A stretch of DNA of 64,000 nt from contig NC_087436.1 of the NCBI RefSeq assembly GCF_036321535.1, positions 50,098,001 through 50,162,000 on the forward strand. Direction: 5' to 3'. The DNA comes from Camelus dromedarius. Lineage: Eukaryota. The notes beneath the pieces are model-generated. The model saw only the letters and a program-made list of their open reading frames with translations, was not told the origin of the DNA and searched no databases. Below are positions 53,628 to 64,000 of the stretch, one piece after another. Position 1 is the first letter of the stretch. Each line of letters starts with the position of its first letter. A program made the translations under genes and the position numbers.

Positions 53628-54649
53628 ATCTAACCACCTCTTTCATATATAAAAATTATCCAAACCATATTTTATCATTACTTTTTAATTATTTAAAAAA
53701 TTAGAAGATATAGATAAAATAATAAGATTCTTTGTAAAGTATCTACATTTTTCTTTGTTTATAATAAGTGAATAGGGCATAGATGAAATCTTGAAAGCAA
53801 CAAGAATCCAAATGCTAAGAATATGAAAGTGCTAATATTTTTTGTTAAATGGTACTAATGTCTAAAGCCTCTAGGGCACATTTGAGAAACTTTCTAAGAA
53901 AAAAAAATTTTAATTAACAAAACTGTGCAGACACCTTGTTGAGCTGAAACTCTGAGTTAAATCATTTATTTTATGTTGTTAAAAAAAATTAGCTTGACAA
54001 CACCAAACATCTTTCCAGAATCTTCTGGAATTTTTGAACTTTCTATTAAGAAGTCTAAGTTTTTCAAATTGTTTTTAAATATTCTGATTATTAATTAAAA
54101 TGTGCATATCTGTATTTATACCTCATTTATGTTTAACAAGAAATAATTTTCCAATGATTTCCTTAGCAGAAAATAAAACAATACTGTAAACTATCAAAAA
54201 AAAAAAAAAAGGCAATAACAGTTCCACTGGGAAACAAAACTGACTTTCTTTTCTAAGGACTAAGACAATACCCATTCAATATCATGATTTGATATTGATT
54301 TCATGAGGTTTGGTTTTCTTCTTTCAAGGTTTGGTGAAACCACCAATGAAAGGCAATGAAGTCACAAGGATAAAGACAATTAACTCATCTCTATCTCCTT
54401 TTCATTTTCTTTTGAAACATTTTTATTAAGTAATAGTAGGTCTAGTGGAATGATATATTTTAAATAGGTAGAGTTAATAAAGTAAAATATCAAACAGGAC
54501 ATTATATTTGACTACTAATTGCCCCGTCTACCTGTTGCTCTTGTTTTCATCAAACATAGTATCTCTTTCATATTTACCCATAAGGAAAAAAATTCAACAT
54601 ACTTTTTAGATTAAAAAAGCACTTTCCCCTTATAAACAAATTATATAAC

Positions 54650-54788
54650 CTGTAAACAGCCTCAGAACTCTGAGGAAGTTTGTTGCAGGTAAACTGAGTT
54701 TGAACATCAACAGTGCTTATACACTGATTTTCAGAAAAGTTGGTAAAGTTGTCTAAATGGAATGTTTTTAATAACTTGCAAAGACCGC
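54650..54788 (-). CDS. Candidate 139-nt internal exon of an unidentified gene (coding status and donor uncertain)
   Basis: Acceptor ctctttattttcctctag. Only the phase-1 frame is open: GLCKLLKTFHLDNFTNFSENQCISTVDVQTQFTCNKLPQSSEAVY(R). Donor CAG|gttata is weak; an alternative AAA|gtatgt would end the exon at 54603. Confidence 0.35.
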
Positions 54789-55107
54789 CTAGAGGAAAAT
54801 AAAGAGCCTCATTACTCATGGATGCTGATGAATCCACTTATCCGTGAGGCAATGATATTCGCATGTCACCTTTACAGACCTTCCTAGGTGATTTAGCATA
54901 TATGAAAAGCAGTATACACTTCCCTCATTGATTAGACTGGGCTATGTTAAAATTAGCATCTCTAATCAATTGTTTAATCCAGCAAAAAATAAGAAGTATA
55001 CTAAAACATGATCTCCATTTTAAAAAATATCAAGGGGAAATTTACTCCTCATCAACTGCTTTTCCTGTATACAGAGGAGTTCTGATGTCCGGTGAACAAT
55101 GGAATAA

Positions 55108-55126
55108 TTAGGCCATCTGCTGGCAA
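55108..55126 (-). promoter_or_regulatory. CTCF-like motif
   Basis: Minus strand ttgCCAGCAGATGGCctaa fits the CTCF core CCASYAGRKGGC. Confidence 0.4.
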
Positions 55127-57194
55127 GTGGCAAACAGGCAACCTTTATTCATCCAAACTCAACTAAAGCCACCTTGGTGGTACTTCAGGGACTTAAGGAG
55201 TTGATTACTCAAGGGTGTTTTGGTTTTTGCTTTTTTTTCTTTTTCCCTTACCCACGTTAATTGGTAATCTTTCACTTTAAATATTTTCAGTCACAGTAAT
55301 TTAACTTCATCACTTTAAACCCTTCTAATTGGGGTAGGGAGTTACAACAGGAATGCAGGTCTACTGCTTGCATCATTTATGTATTCATCTAATATTTACT
55401 GATGGTCTGTTACATAGAAGGTAGCATTTTAAACATTAGGGATGAGGCAATATACACAACTTCCTTACTCTCAGAACAAAAATTCTAAATGTGCAGGTAT
55501 TAACTAGTAAAATCATAAAGAATAAACTTTTCTTGAAGAATGAGTAAACCACACTGGAGTGCCTCACAGTTTATAGTAGATGCTACAGTATTTCAGTTTG
55601 GTTTCTAGAGAGAAAGACAAGGGTCCTTTAATCTTTGTTCTGGAAAAATACTAACTTATTTCATCAGTCAATGTCAACCAAATTGAATGAACAGTGCTAA
55701 AATTCACTTCTGAGGATTCTCGACCCTTGTAAGACTAACTCGAATTCCAGTGATCTTCTCAAATTGTAGCAATCCATGGAAATGATATACCCGTGTAACG
55801 AGGGATTTCAAGCTGACTTTCCTTGAAGCAGAAGCCGACTAACTCTCCTCTTGATGTGAAGGACGGAACAGGACAGTCCAGCCTGGAGGATATCTGCATT
55901 AGGTCATTCTGAGTATAATTCATCGATGTTACTGCTAAAGCTTCTGCTAACACAATGGAACCTGTTCTCCAGGTATACTGAGGACTTCAATTTTCTGGGG
56001 ACTTCAATTTGGCACCATTCCCAGTATCATACTCACACACATATACACAAAACCACCTTTATAGGTTCATTTCTAGTCCATAAGATTCTGCAGCAGAAAC
56101 AAATTATCTAATTAATACCCAAATTGCCTAATTAATACTCAAATCACCCAGTTAATATCAATTCTGAAACAGTTTTATTTTGTTGCTGTCAACATCTTTC
56201 TTCATGAAATTCTTTGCACGCTAGCTCCTATTCCCATTTTTCTCTATAGATTTCATTCACAAACAATTCACGTCTCAGCCATATAAGTTAATAAATCTCT
56301 TTTATTCATTCATTTAAATGGCATTAAACTCACTGCAAATCTTTATTGTTTGATTGCAATGGGCTTGACTCTCTTTGGGCTTCTGTAGCCACCCCAGTGG
56401 GCCCACTGAGAGGAGAGGAAGGGGATAGGATACCCCAGGGGAATTTGTCCCTTGAGTGGCATTTACATATTTAAAGGAGAAACCTTTTCTAAGAGGTACC
56501 AACTTCAGATATGTCTTCAACTGTGCCTGAAATTAAAAAATTAAACCTAAGGGGTTTTTATTTTTAGTGAGTGAGGTACTGAGGCAGAAAAGAAAACAGC
56601 CACCAGAGTTATCTTCCTAAAACAGAAACACAGAACTCCCAGTGTCCCTACATTGCCTGTAAGAATGCAGGCCATCTTCTCTTACAGTCTGCATGCATCC
56701 AGCCTGTCCTCCTAACTGGTCCAAGGCATGAGAATAGGTAGAGAAGGTCTTCCCAGCAAACTTCTAAAAGAAGTCTTGAAAAGAAATCTTCCATCAAGGC
56801 AAGAGCATCTGGTCACAGTGGTGGAGACTGGGGAATGATGAAGGAATTGCATCATGGGAAGAAGACAGCTACACTTCAAGACAGGGAGGGCAGAGTCTTG
56901 GGATGGTAATGCCAGAATCTGTCCGGTTTAGTGTGGTATGGTATAGCAGAGGACCAGGAGTGCTTGAGTTACAGGAACCAGTGTCCATGATGCTGCTTTG
57001 GGTTGCTGATTGAAGAACTGCCATCATTAGAGTATGACTTTTATTGGCTTTGAGGTTACTGGTCAATCTAAACTATGAGAAGAGGAGCCCGGCTGGTTGA
57101 GAGCAATGGTCTATGTCTTATGTATTTCCCAATGCTTGGTACTCCTTGACATACATACATTCCACCATTAAATCATTATATGACTTTAGGTAAA

Positions 57195-57335
57195 ATATTT
57201 CATCTCTGTGAGCCTCACTTTCTCTGTTAGATAGAGGTGATGACAATACCTGTCTTGGAGTAGTTCTGAGAATAAGGTGAAGTAATGCATATGAATAAAC
57301 TTTGTGGTTCTTAAAGCTTTACATAAATGTAAAGT
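57195..57335 (+). mobile_element. MIR SINE
   Basis: ctctgtgagcctcactttctctgttagatagaggtgatgacaatacct...taaagctttacataaatgtaa. Confidence 0.65.
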
Positions 57336-59397
57336 ATCAGACGTTGGAAAGCTGTGCTGCACTACTAATTCAGAAATATGTCCACACATTAATGTTTTAG
57401 TGACTAAAATAGAATACTAATTGTGATATTGATGTTCTTCTATTTAACAAAATAAATAACATCACTTGCAAGTATATATATATAGATATATATATAGATA
57501 CATACACACACACACATGTACACACACTGCTCCCATAAGACTCAAAGTTATTTCCAGTTTGAATTGAATACAAAATGTGGCCAGTAAATATTTTGATGTT
57601 TTTTGACTTGCTCAACTGCACAAAAGTTGCCTACCACTCATCTATAAAAATAGGTCCAAAGCCAGTAGTGGGTCCTACAAGATAATTGCAAGTTAGCCCA
57701 CTTCTCCAGCTTCATCTTGCTAGATTATCCTGACCATATCTTACCACGTCCTCATCTATACAGTCCCCTAGATTTTATTCAGTCTGTGTCCTCTTATTCT
57801 TCCAAGCCTTTGAAAATATCAAGCCCACTTTGAATTTCTTATCACCATTTGTTTATTTCTTTGATAAAAAATATTCTCGTCCTTCAAAGCCCAATTCACG
57901 TCTCTGTGAAGCTATTTCCAATTCTTAGTCAGTAATAGAAAATCTTCTTTTATGTAGCCCTTCCTACCCCTATTAAACACTGTATTATTTTATAAATGCT
58001 TATAAGTATTTAGTATAAGCCTTCTCATTTAAATTAAACTCTCACAAAGGGTAGGAGTATTTCTGTGTACATCCTGTGTCCCTGGGCCTAGCCTGGTGCT
58101 CGGCACTGTTGCGACTCTGTTACTTAGCTATTATTATTTCTACTGTAGTCATTGATAAATACATATTTAAATATGTGTTTACTTAAATATGTATACATTT
58201 TTTTAAATTTTCTAGTAACTCATCAAAAGTTTGACTATGAGCTTCAATTTTACTTTTTCTCTCTTTTTTGGACAGCTGTGGGAAAAAAAGACAAGAAAAG
58301 ACCTTGAAGAAAGATTCTTATGACTGCCAGGTACATAGTCTTCCCAAAAGTACTCTTCTAAAAGCAGAATGATTAGTCCTTCCCAGTATACAGAGAGGGA
58401 TTACTGAGGCCTAAGGGACAGAGAGATTGAAGCGTCATCATGGTAGGGGTGGTTAACAATGGCCTTGAGGCTATCCATCAATCTAAATGGAGTGGGCAAC
58501 AAGGCCAGAGAGGACCAAGGAAGCTCTGAGGTGGTGACTGTGTTTCTAAAGTGGAGTCCATTAAGAGGCAAGGATACTTTGAGCAGGTGGCCGGCTAGTG
58601 AACAGGTTTGAGAAGCAAAGACTGTGCAAAGCCCTAGAAGGGAGAACAGAAGGATAAGAGAAAGTTCAATTTTGTCTGCAGGATCAGGCAAATTCTTGAG
58701 CGCAGGGAGAGCGGAATATACAGATATCAGATTGTACAGGTGGGGTGTTGGTGGGGATGCAACAAAGCAATGTCCAAAACTGCAAAAGTACAATCAGTGT
58801 TTTAGAGTAAAAAAAAATTTAGTCAGATATACAACACATAATGAATCTGGACTTGAAAAAATATTTTCGTACATAAGTTTCCCCTAAAATCATTAGTGTT
58901 ACAGAGAGAAAAAATAACTACGTAGGCTAAGACTAACTTTCTAAATCTCCATGACTAAAATATTTTACCAAATCTGGGTGAAAAGATATTTGCAATTAGA
59001 TAGTTTTTAACTTGCTATGCATGTGAGTTATACTGAGTGCTAGTTATGAGTTTGGCAAAATGAGATGTCATTTTCTCATAAAGGTGTACAGTTTTTTTTT
59101 AAATGGCTTTCAAATCAAGGAAACCAATTTGCATTTTATTAAAAAAGAAACAATCAATACAGGAGAGGGTGAAAAATTACGCCATTAAATGATTCTCATG
59201 ACTGTTCAGAAACTAACTTTGACTCCAAGAGACCGTTACGCAGTAGTCAATACATACCAGACACCAAGCCTGATGGAATTTGCAGCTTTAGTTCACCCGG
59301 ACTGCAAAAGTATGGTGACTGCAGCACTGACATTGGAACTTTGTACTTTAAGCAAGACTCAATTTAAAAACACATAATGTAGCATATTCTTCCAAAT

Positions 59398-59849
59398 GGT
59401 CTTAGATCAGGTTCCCTAGAGCAGAGCCTGAGACAGGGACTCAGGCACAGGAAATTTATTGAACCCACTTGCAGGAGGAAAAATACTCTGAAGGATTACA
59501 CAGGACAGGGAGAGGGGAGGGGCCGAGCAAAGATGTGTCTCCCATAAAGTGTAGACTTGGCCTGATCCACTGTGGAAAGCAGGCCTTCTGGAGGATACAC
59601 TGCAGTTTGCTCAGCAGACCTGCCTTGCCTTGAGGCAAAGGGGCTGGGCTTTTCTGTCCACTGTGCCCCACATACGTCAGACCCTGGTCCTGTGAGAAGA
59701 GGGATGTGGTTGTAATCTCTCCAGCATATCCAGGCCAACGGCATTTCTCTGGAGACAGAAGCCCTTTGAAGCACCCTCGTAGCACCTGTGGCAAGAATGC
59801 TGTGGGGCCCAGTGAAAGGAACCTGAGCTGAGCACCCCAAAGCAGCTGC
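59398..59849 (-). mobile_element. Old ERVL LTR (LTR16-like)
   Basis: gtcttagatcaggttccctagagcagagcctgagacaggga...tttattg is the reverse of an LTR16 3' end. Confidence 0.7.
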
Positions 59850-60457
59850 TGTTGCGGGTGATTATTTTTTGTCTCGTTGCAGAAAGAATTCAGAGGTGAG
59901 ACAGGGAGGGTAAGGAAGTAAAGTGAAGATTTATTAGGAGACAGATAGTACACTCTCCAGGGGAGAGCGGGCAGGCTCAGGTAAGCAGCTGTCCCGAGCT
60001 TCTTTGGCAAGTTGGTTGCATGGGGTGTAAAGATGAATGGGGGAATATTCATTGGGGAGGGAAGAGTTTGGGGTCATATTCCCTGATTTTCATCCCAACT
60101 CCACCTTCCCGAAAGGAAGAGGAACTTTTGTCCTTATTTAGTCTGGATCAATCGGAAGTGTCATGGAGTTGGGTCATGATGGGTTCTTCTAATCTGCAAG
60201 GCTAATTTTATTGTAATGAGGGCATAATGAGCAAAAGTTTACACTGGGACACTGGAGATTCTTGCCTTTTCCCACCTTTCTTTGCCTGCCTCCAGGACAC
60301 TTGTTACCCCAAAATGTGTGATCTCTTATCAGTCCAGAGATTCCTGGTTTTCTGTCTGCCCAGGGACCCCTGTTGTTCATAAGATATACGATTTCCTGCC
60401 ATTTAGCCTGTGCCCTACTTTTTTCTGCTCATGTCTAGTTATCTGCCTGCTCTAACA
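59850..60457 (-). mobile_element. 608-bp ERV1-like solo LTR
   Basis: Termini tgttg...taaca (TG/CA with a short inverted repeat). 4-bp TSD ctgc (59846-59849) / ctac (60458-60461). Minus-strand AATAAA at about 59930-59935. Confidence 0.85.
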
Positions 60458-61162
60458 CTACTGCCAAAATCCAATGTACATATACCAAGTTTAAAGAATC
60501 ATTTCTGTGATTAACACCCATGTAGTTACCCTGATCATAATTTGCTTTTAATATATTGATTCAATAACTATATAAATAAATAAATACAAAGAACTTAGGG
60601 CCAAACATTCATAAATTAACTAATGATATACTTTCTTTAGGCAGATGAAACTTTATAAACCACCACATTTCCATGTTTGTTGGTGCAGTAAGTTCAAACT
60701 TAAATTACTGGAAAAAATATTTTTCCGAGTTTAACGATTTTTGGTTTTCTTTTTTTAGCTTCATTCAGTTCTATTAGATATGTTTTTATTTTAAGGAATC
60801 TCAAAATTCATATTCTGGAAGTAGGCAGTGTATAAATTATAAATAAGGTAGCACAAGATAGAATGAGGCCAGCTGAAGCCTCATACCCTCTATTCTTTGA
60901 CATCTGAAAAATACTAGCTACCCACACTGGAAACATCTCCCACTTTTTCCTGAGCCAATGCTTACTGACTTTTCAGACTTTATAGCTGTGTGTATTCAGG
61001 TAACACACATAGCTTTGCAAGTGCAAAATGAAATGTTGCTTATAATGGTAAGAAGTATAGGATATGTTTACTTCAGATTAGTTTCTGATTTCAGTTTAAG
61101 GAACATTTTGGGGAAACAGCCACCTGTCACTGGAAGCACGCTATTCACATACTCATTCCACC

Positions 61163-61207
<45 letters not shown>

Positions 61208-61220
61208 TATATATATATAT
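61163..61220. repeat. Poly(A) plus (TA)n(CA)n(TA)n microsatellite
   Basis: Read directly. Confidence 0.9.
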
Positions 61221-63547
61221 AATGTATAATCTTTATGTATTTTTACCATAGGCATACCTCTATAAGATATACAGAGGTTACAAAAATTATAAGGATGTAT
61301 TAAGTACCCAGAAAAGAACTTACCATCCAGTGATAGTCATATAGTTAATCAGCCACAGTCACATAGCATGCAAGCTACAAGAAAGGACTATTAACAAATG
61401 ACACAGGAGCGAGAGGTTTGGGTAATAAAATATTATTTGGAGGAAAACAAGCATTAAGAAGTTTTCGTAGAGATCATCATGTGTACTGAAGCCTTAAAGT
61501 ATGAGGCAGAGAAGGACAGGCCTCACAAGCAGAAAGAGTGAAAAGGCCGCAGTCACCAGAAACTACCACGGGGTAACTTTATACACGAATGATACGGGCA
61601 GCCCAAACATCAAGCTTCTGAAAGCGCAGGGGCTGAAGCACTTTCTAACACACAAATACCAGAGACTAATAAACGGTTTCTTTTCTCAAAGTGCTGTCAT
61701 CAAAATGAATTAGCTTTGACTATTTTCAGACCTTGAATCACCTTTTTTTTACACCGTTTAAAACCCTAAAAGTTGTGCATGATTGGTCTTAGTTGGGTCA
61801 CCCTTTCACCAGGGGAAAGATGCAAATCCTGGTGAAAAGTCCCATTGAGACTACACCCAATGGAGAATGGAAAGCTGGCCAAAGAAAACTGGATGTGCTG
61901 TAATCCAGGAAAAGGTATAATTGATAATTAGGATAAAAGACACAAACACCCAATTCCCTGTAAGAAGAAGCCAAGTCAGTTCTTCTGTCCTATCTCATTC
62001 CCTTGTCACATGTGCTAGACAAGTGAGTTGAGTATTTCGTCTTTATTGTCTGTAATTCCTCACCTTGAAACACACTACAGAAAATCTACAGGAGGAGAGA
62101 GTTAGGAAAGGGTGAGAGCTACAAAAGGGGTTCCACCCTTTTCTTAAAAACAAAAAACAAAAACTCTGAGCTCTAGAATGTCTCCTCTCTTCCGTTGGTT
62201 CCTTGCTGTATTGCTAGTGAAAAGGAAAGGAAAGGCATGACCCAGGTTATGATAAACTATACATGCCAAAAGCTGATTGCACTTTTTAATTTTCCTGTTG
62301 GGGGTAATTTTTCATTAGTGCAACAGGGAAATGAGTAATGATTGAACCAGAGATTTTGCCAAGTTTTTAGTTTTTTGTTTCTCTCTTACTCTCACTGCCT
62401 TGAAAGAAACTTCTGCCTCCAGATAGCTTTACCATCTCCTGATGCCTGGTACAATGTTTTATCATTTAGTGTGCTCGGTTTTGAATGGTGCTACAAAAGC
62501 ACCTGGAATGTAGCACTATATTTGTATATGTGTCTTGTTCTAATGCAGGTTCTAATCCTAAACCAGAGTGGCTATATCATATTTCTGTTGGTATCCCCAG
62601 GGCTATAGACAGTAGGCACTTGATAAACATTTCTAATAAATAAATGGAGTTATAGGAACAATGGATATTACTAGAGTTTGCTTCAGCATTCTTCCTTTGT
62701 CAAATGACAAACTATCAACATGCAGCTGTAACTGCACAGGATAAGTGATAGGAGAACTTTATGTATGTGATAAACTTAAGTGTAACAGTCCCCTATTTTT
62801 AAAACAACTGAGATAGCCCCAACATTAATAACAGGATAAATTTTAAGAGAAAGTCATCCAAATAGCTTGTAACTATCAGATTTTCTTGTTATGTTAAGGC
62901 AAAGTGGTTCCTAAAGTCTATGAGGCAAGAACAGAAAACAGAGGAGCAAGTGATGGACATTATTAATTTATTCACAGTTGCAGATAAAAGGGCACTGCAA
63001 TCGTTACACAGATCTACACTCAAGGACCCAGTATTTTCAGATATTTATATCTGTCATCTGTTGGGTTCCCTAAAGTACACGTTATACCACCCATGATGTT
63101 GCTTTAGACTATCCCAAGGAGAGAGAGCATGGCCATGGACATTCCCCTCACTTGTTTTAAAGAAATCTTTCAAAAAGGAGAAGCTGATCCAAATAGTACG
63201 CAATGTTGCTTGTTAGCAAGGTGGGAATGGATTGACTTGAACTTCATATTGTCTGTCACTTTTCCTCTCTATTTTCATAATAATATAAATATTTATTTAA
63301 AAGTCATTAATGTAGCAGTTATTGAATTTCAGGGACTGTGGTGGTGAAGAAAATATGGTTACTGCCCTCAAGATGCTCATGATATAGAAAGTTAAGTTCA
63401 GAAAAAAACCCAATATAAGGCAATGGACAATACAGAGACCAAATATGGAAATTCATAGGTCACATGGTTCTAAAAAGATCAGTGTTGGAATGCAACTCAT
63501 TTTTAAATTTCTTACCAGGTCCATCATACACTTAGTGGTAAAGAGAT

Positions 63548-63997
63548 TGTCAGTGGATGCCTGTGGGTTTTACCTGCCTGGCATCCTTTTCTGCCATCTA
63601 TGGTGACAGCACTATGGTTTTCCATGAGGGGCCTACCTTATTCCACTCTCAGTCCATGTGCTTCTTGTAGGGCTGGGTCATGTATTACAGAAGGAGGGTC
63701 AGGTAACAAATCAGAGCCAATGAGATCCATTCCACATACCATGTGTGGGAACATTGGGAAGGGAAAAATTGGGACTTCTGGGAGTCACCAGTTCAAACCT
63801 TAGAATATTTACCACAAAAAAAGAAGCAAAGATGAGAGACAGAGAGCAGGTCCTAATTATATCATTTGAGCTGCTGGTTTTAGTTATTCTTGTCTCCTCC
63901 AGTTAAGTAATCTAATTACATGCCCTTTTTTCCCAGCCATTTTGAGTTGGGTTTCTTCTTGCTGCCACTTGTACCCAAAAGATTACTGGCAAAGACA
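63548..63997 (+). mobile_element. MaLR LTR (MLT1K/L-like)
   Basis: ccactctcagtccatgtg, cagagccaatgaga, ccattttgagttgggtttc...cccaaaag...gaca. Confidence 0.7.
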
Positions 63998-64000
63998 GGT

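Noticed and set aside
59456..60052. 198-aa ORF, the longest in the window
   Set aside because: It spans the junction of two LTRs; chance open frame in GC-richer repeat DNA.
1..64000. CRISPR arrays, rRNA, known miRNAs, non-retroviral endogenous viral elements
   Set aside because: No regularly spaced repeat-spacer structure and no recognisable matches. Highly diverged viral fossils cannot be excluded without tBLASTn.

Overview
AT-rich, CpG-depleted mammalian genomic DNA, most likely camelid: it carries two full tRNA-derived vic-1-type SINEs and young L1 3' ends of camelid type. Much of the window is interspersed repeats: L1, L2, L3/CR1, MIR, MLT1/MLT2/LTR16/LTR33/MER76-like LTRs, a decayed ERV-L internal region (protease, RT, dUTPase relics), Tigger3 and a 608-bp ERV1-like solo LTR. 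I could not recognise any known protein-coding gene, RNA gene or CRISPR array, and most listed ORFs are repeat-derived or chance. The best non-repeat signal is a chain of minus-strand candidate exons (54650-54788, 48530-48592, 34621-34730, 28714-28761, 18839-18909). Two of them join into an uninterrupted frame of about 83 codons that I cannot identify; the chain could be coding, 5'UTR or lncRNA exons, or partly pseudoexons. Other signals are a CpG-retaining promoter-like patch next to (GT)30, a perfect DR4 element, a CTCF-like site, two hairpin-forming inverted repeats and a three-level nested retroelement. Repeat subfamily names come from my recollection of consensus sequences and need Dfam/RepeatMasker confirmation. 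No new biological system can be claimed from this sequence alone.
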